A stretch of 64,000 bases of DNA from a virus. The stretch lies in IMG/VR virus record IMGVR_UViG_3300042465_007464, positions 1 to 64,000 of that record, one strand, 5' to 3'. Positions 19,325 to 29,922 of this stretch are shown in pieces (within the stretch, counting starts at the first letter, position 1; each line of letters starts with the position of its first letter). Under the pieces are notes generated by a model. That model was not told the origin of the DNA, made no database searches, and saw nothing but the letters and a program-made list of their open reading frames with translations. The position numbers and the translations under genes are program-made.

Positions 19325-20125
19325 TTAATTGAATAAATCATTAAATGCTGATGCAACGTCGTCTACTTTAGGAGCAGGTGCTGATTTTTTTGCTGGAGCT
19401 GGACTTTGTGCTTCATCTTCATCTTCATCATCCGATGTTGATGCGGCGTTTGCTGGAGCTGCTACGTCTGCATCTGCAGTTTCTGGATTCATCCATTCTT
19501 GCAATGCTTGTTCCAACTCATCATATGAAGGCTCAGGAAACAAATCAGTAATTTCTGGTTGATTCATGATTTTTTCAGCAATTGCTTTATCGTCAGTTGC
19601 TGGTTGTGTGTTAGGTTTAACACGAATTGATGTTTTTGGATAATTCGCTCCTTCTGCTGGAGTAAATTCTACATCAATATCACGTCCATTCATTAGGTCC
19701 GTAATGTCACCATAATCTGGATCTGAAATGATTGAAAGCAATTCAGTGTAAATTTGCTTTCCGAATCCCCAAAACTTAACTCCTTCAGCTTCTTTACCAC
19801 GAATGATAACAGGAACATAAGTTCTCATTTTAGGTTCGATTTTACGACCCATCAACCATTCATCTTTGTCGCCGGTTTTCTTAAGTTTGTCTGCGAATTC
19901 TACGATTGGATCTGCGTTGCCAAAAGTAATTGGAGATAACATTGATCTTTTACCAATGTCGTAATGAAAATACAATTCCAAGAACGGATTGTCTTTTCTG
20001 TGTACGTAAGGTACAATTCTAATACGTGTCTTACCTGCTTCAGGTTTCCACAAATTTTGTTTTTTGTCATCAGCCTTGTTCAACTGATTCAGTTTCGCTT
20101 TAATAGCGTCCAAGTTAAGTGCCAT
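19325..20125 (-). CDS. Single-stranded DNA-binding protein (T4 gp32-like)
   Basis: W.P..GK..IRIVP, FWGFGK, D...G.D and an acidic tail ending FNDLFN. Confidence 0.88.
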   Translation of the reverse strand: MALNLDAIKAKLNQLNKADDKKQNLWKPEAGKTRIRIVPYVHRKDNPFLELYFHYDIGKRSMLSPITFGNADPIVEFADKLKKTGDKDEWLMGRKIEPKMRTYVPVIIRGKEAEGVKFWGFGKQIYTELLSIISDPDYGDITDLMNGRDIDVEFTPAEGANYPKTSIRVKPNTQPATDDKAIAEKIMNQPEITDLFPEPSYDELEQALQEWMNPETADADVAAPANAASTSDDEDEDEAQSPAPAKKSAPAPKVDDVASAFNDLFN

Positions 20126-20174
20126 AAGTACTTCCTTTGTTAATTAGTTAATAAAAATATAAAATATTAATTAC

Positions 20175-20203
20175 ATTATAAGTAATTAATTCGTTAAGTC
20201 CAA
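20175..20203 (-). promoter_or_regulatory. Early/middle promoter TTGGAC-N17-TATAAT upstream of ssb
   Basis: Recurrent motif. Confidence 0.65.
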
Positions 20204-20228
20204 ATTATTTGTTAATTATGTTGATTTT

Positions 20229-20594
20229 TTATTTCAAATTAATGTTGTAGTATCGTGCCATGATAGATTTAATGTAGCTTGGATTAACTTTAGAATCCGT
20301 ATCCATTTGTATCATGTATGCAATTCCTGCAGCAGTAACTGATTGTTTTGTATCTTCAAGATAGTTTTTATAAATGTAATCTGCAAATCTTTTATCCGAT
20401 CCAACATCTTCGGTACTATCTGTATATCCATCGTTATTTATATCACTATCTGGATTGATTAAATTACCATTTCTAGGGTCGCGATTAGCTCCTGAATCAA
20501 ATCCTAATTTGTTTTCCAAATCTTCTAAGTTTTGTTCTGACAGATTCTTTGTTCCAAAACGAAGCATATTTTCTGCTAAAATGTTTTTCTTCAT
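20229..20594 (-). CDS. Hypothetical protein with leader LAENMLRFGTKNLSE (putative internal head protein)
   Basis: Start re-assigned to MKKNIL at 20594; contains a DINNDGYTD loop. Confidence 0.7.
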   Translation of the reverse strand: MKKNILAENMLRFGTKNLSEQNLEDLENKLGFDSGANRDPRNGNLINPDSDINNDGYTDSTEDVGSDKRFADYIYKNYLEDTKQSVTAAGIAYMIQMDTDSKVNPSYIKSIMARYYNINLK

Positions 20595-20625
20595 AGTCTC
20601 ATTTCTATTATATAATATATATATG

Positions 20626-21012
20626 TTAATTCCAAGAAATCTTCTTGAAGAATAACAAGTCAATAACCCGGAATCCAGCATCATCTGTTAAGATGAATGA
20701 ATTCTGATACTGCGTCCAATCTAGTTGGTATGTTTTATCCAATACACCATTGTTAACGGCACGTATCACTTCGTTAAGTGCATTAACTGTATACAAGGTA
20801 TTTGTTTCTTTCTTGCGGTGTATGCTTATTGTGTTTTGTCCTCTACGTGTGGTTTCGTTGGCATTGTATGTGCAATACAAATTATCAGCAACATCTGCGT
20901 TGCTAAATACAAATATTCTACGTTCTGGTATCATGTAGTTTGTTTGTATGTATTCCGTTACTATGTTTATGTCCGATCTATGTGCAAATGTGCAAAGTAG
21001 TTGTGTTCTCAA
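20626..21012 (-). CDS. Conserved hypothetical protein (LLCTF...IHRKKETNTLYT.NALN)
   Basis: ORF fits the gene packing; TTG start with AGGA upstream. Confidence 0.75.
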   Translation of the reverse strand: MRTQLLCTFAHRSDINIVTEYIQTNYMIPERRIFVFSNADVADNLYCTYNANETTRRGQNTISIHRKKETNTLYTVNALNEVIRAVNNGVLDKTYQLDWTQYQNSFILTDDAGFRVIDLLFFKKISWN

Positions 21013-21016
21013 TTCA

Positions 21017-22084
21017 TTAGTCCTGTGATTTTTTTGTTACATTAGTACTTAATTGACTTCCTAATACAAATAGTTTATTTTGATGAAAATTTGCAATTGC
21101 TGGAGATAATCTTCCGTTCTTGCAACGCGTTGCATTATATACGTCTTGAGCTGATTCTAAAAACAATGTTTGATTGCCTTTAACAATCATACCCCACCAA
21201 TTGACTGACATAACCTTTTCAAACAACATTTCATCAATAATATGACAAAACGCCGCAATCATATTGTCTAAATTATCATTCAACGAATAAAACTTACGTA
21301 ATCGTTCTCCAACATTACGTATTAATGTGATATCCGTTTCTTCTGACATTTTAATCAATTGTCGTATTTGTGATTCTGTGCTTTCGTTATCTAAAAAATT
21401 CAATACGTTATTAACTTGGTCACGTCCTTTTGATTTAAAAATTTCTTGTCCTGTTAATAGTTTAGCTATTTCCAAGAACTCATTCAATAACTGCGTTCCT
21501 TTTACGGGCAATGATCCAAAATCAAACGTAATTGCTGCATAATTTTTCAATGAAACTGTATCGCCACCTATTTGAATATCTGCTTCAATTCCCGTTTCGC
21601 CAGCTACTGCACCTTTTACTAATCCTTTAAATGAAATTGCAAACCAAAGTTCCGATTCATCGCCATTTGGTATTTTTATAGTACCTTTTATGATGTTATA
21701 TAAATCTTCGTAAACTCCTGTAATTGGAAATCTACCAGTTTTCAATTCTAATTTAGTATCGGATGTTATTAATTGTATCAATTCGGCAGAATTTGAATGT
21801 CGCATTATGGAATCATACATAGAAGGCAATCCAATAATTTGTTGTCCTTCTACGGCAAACGTTGACATAATGTATGATTGAAATTCTTGTGCATTACCGA
21901 AGAATTCGTTAGGTTCTGGTTGCGATACATTTCCACGTGCTTGTTGTGCAATGCGGTCTGCTGCATCGGGATCCATTCCTTTTTCAACGAGTATTTCAGT
22001 TAAAACTTTGTAGTCACTTGGTTCTGTAGGATATCCTTTTGGGAGTCGGTATTGCCATTCAGTAAGTATTGCGTTGATATTCAT
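21017..22084 (-). CDS. Hypothetical late protein, possible PD-(D/E)xK-like nuclease fold
   Basis: Leader ILTEW.YR...GYP; E...ADI-x6-VSLK; late motif at 22107-22115. Confidence 0.55.
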   Translation of the reverse strand: MNINAILTEWQYRLPKGYPTEPSDYKVLTEILVEKGMDPDAADRIAQQARGNVSQPEPNEFFGNAQEFQSYIMSTFAVEGQQIIGLPSMYDSIMRHSNSAELIQLITSDTKLELKTGRFPITGVYEDLYNIIKGTIKIPNGDESELWFAISFKGLVKGAVAGETGIEADIQIGGDTVSLKNYAAITFDFGSLPVKGTQLLNEFLEIAKLLTGQEIFKSKGRDQVNNVLNFLDNESTESQIRQLIKMSEETDITLIRNVGERLRKFYSLNDNLDNMIAAFCHIIDEMLFEKVMSVNWWGMIVKGNQTLFLESAQDVYNATRCKNGRLSPAIANFHQNKLFVLGSQLSTNVTKKSQD

Positions 22085-23403
22085 AACGAAATAGAGTCCA
22101 TTTTACTATAAATATCGCCAACTGACGTTTTTACCGGAAAATTACCAGCTTCTAACACTGATTTAATTTGCGGTAATAGAGTTTTAGCTTCTGTCAATGG
22201 GACATCAAATAAAATAGAATCGTACGTATAGAGTATCATGCACGTTTCATGGGTGGATAACAACTCTGCTACCCGTTGAAGTTTTTGAACCGACACTTCT
22301 GTTTCCGTAGCTTGCAAATAGTAATTGAACAATTTATTTGCTGTCATGTTCTTAATGGAATCGGCGGCAATGCGTCGTTGCAATATGGGAGTTTTCACTG
22401 CACCTTTTGCTTTCCAGGTTCTCCATAAATCGTATATGAAATCATTTACTTGCTGGAAAAATGGAATCGACAAAAATTCTCGATCAATACCTCCGTACAA
22501 TAATCGGAAAGTGATTTGCTTGCTTTGTTCATATTGTTTTGTGCTAAGTTCTTCTACCCCAAAATAGAATCGACCAAAATATGTATGCACAGAGCCTGCA
22601 GGCAATTCATACCCTACCAATCGGGCAATCAATCTCACGTGGTATGCATCAAAGTCCATTTCAACTAATGCACCACGTTCAAATCGTGTAACAAATGCAT
22701 CACGTGTACCATCTTCCTTGTTCATTGCAGCAAAGTTGAATCCTCGATATGCATTACTAGGACGTCCTGTGGTTGTATGATAATGATATTGTGAATAAAC
22801 TCGGCCATCTCGTATCAGTTCCGGTATTCGAAACGTTTCATTGACTGCTAATCCGTTGCTTTCGATGTCTGCAAATACTTTGGGATACGTTTCATTGAAT
22901 TGCAAATACGATGCGTTTAGTTTTGCGTTCACGCACATGGGCCAAGCATACTTCCGGATCTTCTGGCACATAGCCAAATGTTGCATTAACGGAATAACTG
23001 CATTTACATTGGGCAGTGCCGTATGTCTTCGCCAATAAAATTGATGTGCAGCCGTAAAATAATGTGATTCGTCATATGATTCTCCGTACGTATACCACCA
23101 TAAAGTCTTAACATCCCATACGGCGGCATTTCCTCCCAATTGAAGCCACTGCTTCTTATCATATACAAAGATGTCAGCAAGTTCGAGAAAGCGTTGTACA
23201 TGTTGTGAAAAGCTGCGTATTTGTTCGGTATGGTTGATAGGGACGATGCGTTCTACTTCATCTTCAGTATACACGTATATACATGTTATGCGATTAACCG
23301 CAACATGAAGTTGCGCATCTGCTAATACGGGTACTAACAGAGTTTTACGACCTTCAATGTATTGGAACAACGCATCTAAATCAGATTCGGTATCCACTAT
23401 CAT
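22081..23403 (-). CDS. Compact family A DNA polymerase-like protein
   Basis: TTTGRPSN, motif A DFDAYHVRL, motif B KQITFRLLYGG, motif C YDS. Confidence 0.85.
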   Translation of the reverse strand: MIVDTESDLDALFQYIEGRKTLLVPVLADAQLHVAVNRITCIYVYTEDEVERIVPINHTEQIRSFSQHVQRFLELADIFVYDKKQWLQLGGNAAVWDVKTLWWYTYGESYDESHYFTAAHQFYWRRHTALPNVNAVIPLMQHLAMCQKIRKYAWPMCVNAKLNASYLQFNETYPKVFADIESNGLAVNETFRIPELIRDGRVYSQYHYHTTTGRPSNAYRGFNFAAMNKEDGTRDAFVTRFERGALVEMDFDAYHVRLIARLVGYELPAGSVHTYFGRFYFGVEELSTKQYEQSKQITFRLLYGGIDREFLSIPFFQQVNDFIYDLWRTWKAKGAVKTPILQRRIAADSIKNMTANKLFNYYLQATETEVSVQKLQRVAELLSTHETCMILYTYDSILFDVPLTEAKTLLPQIKSVLEAGNFPVKTSVGDIYSKMDSISL

Positions 23404-23410
23404 ATAACAT

Positions 23411-23439
23411 ATAATAATGAAAATTCTTTACGAATCCAA
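23411..23439 (-). promoter_or_regulatory. Early/middle promoter TTGGAT-N17-TATTAT
   Basis: Recurrent motif. Confidence 0.6.
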
Positions 23440-23440
23440 A

Positions 23441-24049
23441 TTATGCGTTGATGTCTCGAGGAACTGTTATGTCAGTGTCAGAATAATACTGTAATAGATT
23501 GGTTAATTTTGAAGAAATTCCTGGAACGATTTGATTTGCACGGGAAATATTTTCTAAATTAACTTCTACAACTCCAGGAAGTTGCACGCCACGTACCAAT
23601 TCAGTATTTCGATTACCAGCAATTTTCCAAAAAACTTCTACGGCTACATACAAGTTATTGTCAATTTTTTTAGAAACCCACGCATCATACTGAGTTTTAT
23701 CAATTTCTGATATGCTACTTTCATTTATTTTTTTAATGAAATACCGCGTTACATATCCATCTTCAAGATTTTGTTGAGTGATCGTTACTGCACTGGGTTT
23801 TATAGAATCAAATTTAACTTCAATGTTTGTTAATTTCTTATATGCAAGTGCATCTGGCTGAACAAATTCATATGGTATTAATTTAACTGAAGTCCCAGGA
23901 GTCCACGTTCCTGCAGTATACGTTTCACCCGTTGCGTATGTATGATACAATCCTTTATATTCCATACTGTCTTCAATCATCCATTCTTCGCCAGTAGTAT
24001 ACAGATTTGTAATTATTTCATCTTTAGTATAGAATGCTTTTTGTCTCAT
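23441..24049 (-). CDS. Hypothetical protein, probably baseplate-associated
   Basis: Last gene of the tail/baseplate run. Confidence 0.6.
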   Translation of the reverse strand: MRQKAFYTKDEIITNLYTTGEEWMIEDSMEYKGLYHTYATGETYTAGTWTPGTSVKLIPYEFVQPDALAYKKLTNIEVKFDSIKPSAVTITQQNLEDGYVTRYFIKKINESSISEIDKTQYDAWVSKKIDNNLYVAVEVFWKIAGNRNTELVRGVQLPGVVEVNLENISRANQIVPGISSKLTNLLQYYSDTDITVPRDINA

Positions 24050-26409
24050 TGTACGTCAATATTTGGTCTCATTATACATCTAATAGTACTAGTCCATTGT
24101 CCGTCAGTACCAACGGTATGCGAAATACTAACTATGCTAAATACTGCATTGCGTTTATATCTCGTTGGTAATGCATCAAATGTCAAAACATCTCCATATC
24201 GAAATCCATTTATACCATCAATTGTAAATTCCACATCAAACGGAATAACTGGTGCTGTTAATTGATTAGTCTCAATGATAGTAGGAGTTGGATATTGAAT
24301 GTGTTTTTGTAATGCTTGTGACAATGCCGCTCTACGTTCCATGTTTGTAGGAGATTCTCCAAATGCTTTTTTAGTTTCATCTAGTTGTTTGAGGAACGTT
24401 TCATATGTAGTTTTATACTTAGTTTTTATATCGGCTAATTCTTTTGGAGTAATAAGATTTCCAACCGTTTCATGTGGTCCGGAACGTTCCACAGTACTTG
24501 CAGCGTACATGTATGCAACATATGGTGCAATATCAGATTCTGCAATTTGCGATGCGTCTTGTCCGACAACGTATGCTAAATTCGCAGCATCACTAGGAAG
24601 TTTTCCGGAAAATTTAAAGTCTCGAATAACAGTACCGTTAGGATGATTAGAAAACATCGGTATTGAATATGGTTTTACTTTTTTGTCATCGCTTTGCGGA
24701 CGATTCATAGTACTAGATGCATCATAAAATAACAAATATTCCGGATGTTCCGGATGTGCTATTAATTGCATATCAATTGCTCCACCGGTTGCAACTGCTA
24801 TCTCTCGAGATATTTGATTCAATAAATTAGATACTGTGAACGTTTCGTCTTTTTCTAAACTAGATACAATTTCTTGAATCACTTCCATGTTTATAAAAAT
24901 ACGAGTAGGATATGAAACAATTTGATTTACCGTTTGTATTACATCTCCTCGATCTTTACTTTTTTGAGAAGCATTTTCTGGTTTTATTGCTTCTGAGAAT
25001 GGAATGTTTTTTCGAACTGAGTCATTATTATACCAAATTAAATTGCCATATGTATCATGTTTTCCACCAGCCATGAAAATTCTAAATGGATCTGCGGATA
25101 CTAAATTTTCATAATAATTACTAGTACACACATCTTTAATATCAGTACAAACAATTTGTGCAGATGGTATATTACCTTTAATTTTTTTCAATATAACACT
25201 ATTAATATATCCAATCAAATATCCTAATGTGATGTATCGTTCATATGAAGTTTTTCCTTTTTCTACAGGATCTCCCCATATCAACCAAGTCAATCCTTGA
25301 CGTACAAAATCAGTAGTATTTACATCGACATAACCAAATGCTTGCCCTTCTTTTTTATCCGACCCTCGTGTTGAATTTATTCTATCAATTTCAAATTGAA
25401 CTTCTTTATTTAGATTGGAATAAAATGAACCCAATGCTTTTGCAATAGTAATATTAGCATTTGCTGGTATTGGCGTTGATGGAATTGATGGTGGTGGTAC
25501 TGATGTATTCCATACTAACTGCGATCCTCCTCCAATATTTATTCCAGCTGGGAGAATTAATTCAGGTGAAGCTGGTTTATTAATAACTGCAGCTGCTGCG
25601 GAATTTTCATATAAATCTTCATTTTTAGTAGTACGTTGTTCCGTACTATCAATAATTAATGAAATATCAGTGTATACTTGACTATTACCAGTTAATTGAA
25701 CTGTTGCATTTACGCTCATATCAGGTTGATAATCCATAGTAAACGATGTTACCAATCCTTCAAATACTACGGAGTTCATTTTTTGAAATTCTCGTTTATC
25801 TGTGCTTGTAAGATTAGGATACAATTCTAATAACTTTTCAGCCGTTGGCATCGTTTCATCGGTTAGCAAATTGGTAGAAGAACGTATTGCCGAATCTGGA
25901 TGTGCAATTTGTACACGTACGTCTCGTCCAGGACGAAAATATACTGATTCAATGTATTCTAAATCTCGTTCTGGATTTGGAATCGTTATGTTGATAGTTG
26001 CGGTATTTAATAAACCGTTACTGTTATCTCCTACGGATACGTCACATGATGTTATGAATGGTGCAATTCTACGAGATGTATTAACTCTATCTTCTGCAGT
26101 TTTTTTCTTTACTTCGCCGCCTTGAATACCTTGTTCAGTTACGGTGTATTTTCTATCAGTTAAATATCCATTTGGTCCAGCTGGTAGATATTCTCCACTA
26201 CGTACCGTAGTACCTCCTAAAATAGCTTCTGTAATTTCAATACGATTATCGCCATCTTTTTTATATGGAGTTACTTGTACATTGGCAATTTTTTCCAACA
26301 TGAATTGCATGTCTCGTGTATCTCGACCGTATCGTCCAGACTGTCCTCGTGCATTTAATTCTAATTGCAAATTCGAATCTACTTGTGAATAAAAAATATC
26401 GCCTGGCAT
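24046..26409 (-). CDS. Baseplate hub-like protein
   Basis: Position after the LysM gene; C-terminal 'F.IDGI.G.RYGD...LP..Y...F.I..ISH.V...W.ST.I' hub-type pattern. Confidence 0.55.
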   Translation of the reverse strand: MPGDIFYSQVDSNLQLELNARGQSGRYGRDTRDMQFMLEKIANVQVTPYKKDGDNRIEITEAILGGTTVRSGEYLPAGPNGYLTDRKYTVTEQGIQGGEVKKKTAEDRVNTSRRIAPFITSCDVSVGDNSNGLLNTATINITIPNPERDLEYIESVYFRPGRDVRVQIAHPDSAIRSSTNLLTDETMPTAEKLLELYPNLTSTDKREFQKMNSVVFEGLVTSFTMDYQPDMSVNATVQLTGNSQVYTDISLIIDSTEQRTTKNEDLYENSAAAAVINKPASPELILPAGINIGGGSQLVWNTSVPPPSIPSTPIPANANITIAKALGSFYSNLNKEVQFEIDRINSTRGSDKKEGQAFGYVDVNTTDFVRQGLTWLIWGDPVEKGKTSYERYITLGYLIGYINSVILKKIKGNIPSAQIVCTDIKDVCTSNYYENLVSADPFRIFMAGGKHDTYGNLIWYNNDSVRKNIPFSEAIKPENASQKSKDRGDVIQTVNQIVSYPTRIFINMEVIQEIVSSLEKDETFTVSNLLNQISREIAVATGGAIDMQLIAHPEHPEYLLFYDASSTMNRPQSDDKKVKPYSIPMFSNHPNGTVIRDFKFSGKLPSDAANLAYVVGQDASQIAESDIAPYVAYMYAASTVERSGPHETVGNLITPKELADIKTKYKTTYETFLKQLDETKKAFGESPTNMERRAALSQALQKHIQYPTPTIIETNQLTAPVIPFDVEFTIDGINGFRYGDVLTFDALPTRYKRNAVFSIVSISHTVGTDGQWTSTIRCIMRPNIDVQ

Positions 26410-26411
26410 AA

Positions 26412-26711
26412 TTATCTTGTTCTATTTGCATCTATAAGAATATCTTGTGCATTGTCCTTGCTTGGAATACGTAATCTTGTATTTTCCGGAACGATTAATG
26501 TTCCTTTTCCTACACCGTTAGCAGCTGCAATGATCCACCACATCGATACATCGTCATAAAATTCTTGTGCTAATTTATCTAAACGTTCAATGCTAGTAGT
26601 TACGATATAAGTATCGCCTGTTGTTTTTGGGAGTACTGGTAATATAGTACTACTACGACGTCGTTTACCGTTAGCATCATTTGTTATTGCGGTTGAATTA
26701 TATCTGCTCAT
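26412..26711 (-). CDS. LysM-like baseplate wedge protein (gp53/tail X-like)
   Basis: RLDKLAQEFYDDVSMWWIIAAAN...LRIP. Confidence 0.8.
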   Translation of the reverse strand: MSRYNSTAITNDANGKRRRSSTILPVLPKTTGDTYIVTTSIERLDKLAQEFYDDVSMWWIIAAANGVGKGTLIVPENTRLRIPSKDNAQDILIDANRTR

Positions 26712-26714
26712 GTT

Positions 26715-28070
26715 CTATGGTTTCTTTAATTTATTCAATGCATCAAAAACTTTTGTTCGTGTATCTATTTCATTACTAGTTAATGGATTTGTTAATGAAT
26801 CGCTTAACCAATTTCGATTTCCTTGTTTTGGATCGGTAGTTGTTAATACTTTTTCGTCTGCCAATGTATAGAAACGTCCGTTTTTCTGTGGTAAATAATC
26901 CATGATTGGCGTTAATCCTAATGATACGGAAACTTTATGTGGCACTTGCATCATCTCTGGATCTTGTTCTATGTTAATTTCCCAAGTCGTATCCGAATCT
27001 AGCAATGTATATGATAAACTAGTTATGATAGCTGGTTGATGCACAAACAAATCTCCAATTGTTATACGCATCCATGGTGCTTTCATTGCAATGGTTTGTG
27101 TATCATATTCTGGTGCAGTATATCCGGCAAGTGCATTTAATTTACGAAATATTGGTTTTAATTCATCTCGATCTGATGCGTATACTACAAAATCTAATTG
27201 AACGTCTCGTCCATAACCCGTATAATGATAATTTGGATCAGCACGACCAATCATTGTTACTGGCGACCAATTTGGCGAAAATGTATCGGAAAGTGAATTA
27301 ATAATTGCGCGAAATACTATTACATCATCTTTTGTAGTTTCTGGAGCTGCATTTGCTAATTTAGGTCCGGTAAAATAAAATTTAATGAAATCTTGCGTAA
27401 TGCCAAACTTGTCAAATAAATTCATACCCAACGCTTCCGGTTTCCAACGATAAATATTCTTACGAGTTCTTTGTCCGAAATCGATTACATTGACTTTATC
27501 TCCGCGGAATGGCGTAGCAAGTGCTAATGGATTTCTAGTTTGTTTCCATTTACCATCGCGCCATTGTGTGGACACATGACTCATTGCCGTAAAGTCTCGA
27601 CGCAACGCATACGGATTATCATGATCTCCTAATCCGAATCCGGTTTTACCAACACCATCTAAATTAAATACACTATATGGTCCGGTTGGTGCGGCTGATG
27701 CAGCTGCATATATTCCTGCAATCACACTCCCTCGAGTTACTGCACTTGCACCATCCAAACGTATTAGTTCTAAACCTTTACGTGCACGAAAATCTGGATA
27801 TTTTATGCCATTGATATCGTTGTACGAACCCAATGCAGATACTGCGTATTGTGTCTTTGGAGAATCGTTACCTAGTTCTTTTGAACTATTTGCAACTTGT
27901 GCTATCTGCGGAATTCCGGCAAATGATGAAATTGAATTAGCAAGTACTTGTTGTGCGACACCACCTCCACCAATTTGTATGTTAGTAGTGTCTGCAACTT
28001 TTGATTGCCAACCCCACCATTCTGCAGGCGAGAAACTATACGGTTTATCTTTATCATAAAGTGTTGGCAT
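26715..28070 (-). CDS. Tail tube initiator / baseplate tube-fold protein
   Basis: W....IGRADP.Y.Y.GY.R.V.L.F and P...ITIGD pattern; follows the tape measure gene. Confidence 0.6.
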   Translation of the reverse strand: MPTLYDKDKPYSFSPAEWWGWQSKVADTTNIQIGGGGVAQQVLANSISSFAGIPQIAQVANSSKELGNDSPKTQYAVSALGSYNDINGIKYPDFRARKGLELIRLDGASAVTRGSVIAGIYAAASAAPTGPYSVFNLDGVGKTGFGLGDHDNPYALRRDFTAMSHVSTQWRDGKWKQTRNPLALATPFRGDKVNVIDFGQRTRKNIYRWKPEALGMNLFDKFGITQDFIKFYFTGPKLANAAPETTKDDVIVFRAIINSLSDTFSPNWSPVTMIGRADPNYHYTGYGRDVQLDFVVYASDRDELKPIFRKLNALAGYTAPEYDTQTIAMKAPWMRITIGDLFVHQPAIITSLSYTLLDSDTTWEINIEQDPEMMQVPHKVSVSLGLTPIMDYLPQKNGRFYTLADEKVLTTTDPKQGNRNWLSDSLTNPLTSNEIDTRTKVFDALNKLKKP

Positions 28071-29893
28071 CAGAATCTCCTTCTATCATTCATTTTAGTT
28101 GCCGCAAACAACATATCTTGCGTTACTTTTGCTTCTACTTTTACGTTTTGCAATGCCATAGCAATTGCTTGAGCCATTTTTCCGTAATCGATGCTACCAC
28201 CTCCGTTAATTGCACGTGCCAATTGACGATTTCCATTTACATTGGTGCCGGCAATCATAGTAGAATCATTTACTCGCATAAATTTATCATCCTGATGAAA
28301 ACGTATAACACCGTCATTCATGATAATTGCATCATCTTTTTTGGTATCTGCTTTGGTTGCTTGTACCGTTGGTGTTTCTGGTAACAATGCTTTTATATCA
28401 TTGATCCAACCAGTTATTTTGTCACCTAATAATGGTATCATGCTTGTTATCGTCGTTAAGCCATCAGCAACCGTTCTGGTTGTTTCAGAAAATGTAGATA
28501 AACTACCTACACTTTTCATAAATCCTTTGTTTCCATCAAATTGTTTTAAGAAACTCTCAAATTGTTCTCCAGCTTTTAATGTAGCTGTTCTAGTATCGGC
28601 TAAATTTATTTCAGCCATTTTAGCCGTATTTGATGCGATTTGTCTGGTTAAATCAGTTCGAATTTCTTCTGTTGTTCTCGTATCCGATGCTTGAATCAAT
28701 TCGTTTATTTTTTCATCAGATACTCCTTTTTCTCTTAATGATTTGGCAACTTCATTAAGATTACCTTCTTTCAATTCCATTAAACGCTCAGCACCCAATT
28801 CTGAAATTATTTTTTGTTTTTGTATGCTTCGTGCTAATGTCGCTTCGTCAGTACCCATTAATTCTGCAGCTTTTTTACGTGCGTATAAATTTTTCTCTAA
28901 TACAGGTCCTTGAGTTTTAATCAAATGATTCATCAATTCAGCTTGTTTGTTAGCATCACCTTGTATAGTAGCCATACGATACGCATTGGTTAAACTTTTT
29001 CCATCTTGCGTCAATAATCGTTTACCACTTAACAACTGATATTCCATTTCTTGACCAATAGATGATTCTATGTTTAATAAATTTTCACCTGCATTATTCA
29101 AGGTTTCCATGTTCATTCCAAGCATTTTAGATTTAAGAACTGCCAATTCTAATGAACCTGGAATACGACTATATTGTAATTGAAGATTTGCCGTTAAACC
29201 TCCAATGTCTTCTGTTAATTGTTTTTGTACTTGTAAACCATCTAATCCCGTTGCCTTTCCAATTGCGTCAGCCATTTCATTTTGTATAGCTAATGCTTCT
29301 ATACCAGACTTTGCAACGGACGTTGCGTAATATTCATAACCTTGTGCAGCTTCTTCCGTTATCTTAAGATTATTCTGCATATATTGTTGGCCTCGTAGTA
29401 ATTTCTTACCAAATTTATCAAAAGATTTATCATTTGCTAAAAATCCGCTAGATAAATCTTTTAATTGCAAAGCATACGCATTCATCGTTTCTTCGCCAAC
29501 TTTGGAATCTATTGCTACTTGTCGTAATTTTTTTGAAAATGCATCTGCTTTTTGAATCGATAATCCATAACCTTGCGTAACGTCTTTGAATCGATTTTCA
29601 AGAAGCGTAAGATTTTGTGTTAATTTTATAACCCCTTGAGCAAATTTATCTTGAATTGCTAATACGTTGTTAAGCCCCATTGCTAACGCAGTATGTTCAT
29701 TTACAACGCCTTCGATGGTCGAAGAATATGCAGTCCATAAAGATTTCAATTTAGGAACGGCATCTGCAGCTGTTTTTAATTCATTTTGCAAATTAATTTT
29801 TTTACCTTCCATATCATTGGCCGGGTTTTGTTGCCGACCATGGCGAGGCTGTTGTTTCAAACGTTGAATCAATGTGTCTGTTTGTTTTTGCAC
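28070..29893 (-). CDS. Tape measure protein (putative)
   Basis: Ala/Leu/Gln-rich helical protein downstream of tube and chaperone; late motif at 29914-29922. Confidence 0.7.
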   Translation of the reverse strand: MQKQTDTLIQRLKQQPRHGRQQNPANDMEGKKINLQNELKTAADAVPKLKSLWTAYSSTIEGVVNEHTALAMGLNNVLAIQDKFAQGVIKLTQNLTLLENRFKDVTQGYGLSIQKADAFSKKLRQVAIDSKVGEETMNAYALQLKDLSSGFLANDKSFDKFGKKLLRGQQYMQNNLKITEEAAQGYEYYATSVAKSGIEALAIQNEMADAIGKATGLDGLQVQKQLTEDIGGLTANLQLQYSRIPGSLELAVLKSKMLGMNMETLNNAGENLLNIESSIGQEMEYQLLSGKRLLTQDGKSLTNAYRMATIQGDANKQAELMNHLIKTQGPVLEKNLYARKKAAELMGTDEATLARSIQKQKIISELGAERLMELKEGNLNEVAKSLREKGVSDEKINELIQASDTRTTEEIRTDLTRQIASNTAKMAEINLADTRTATLKAGEQFESFLKQFDGNKGFMKSVGSLSTFSETTRTVADGLTTITSMIPLLGDKITGWINDIKALLPETPTVQATKADTKKDDAIIMNDGVIRFHQDDKFMRVNDSTMIAGTNVNGNRQLARAINGGGSIDYGKMAQAIAMALQNVKVEAKVTQDMLFAATKMNDRRRF

Positions 29894-29922
29894 GTAGTGA
29901 ACCTTTTATTTATTATAAATAT

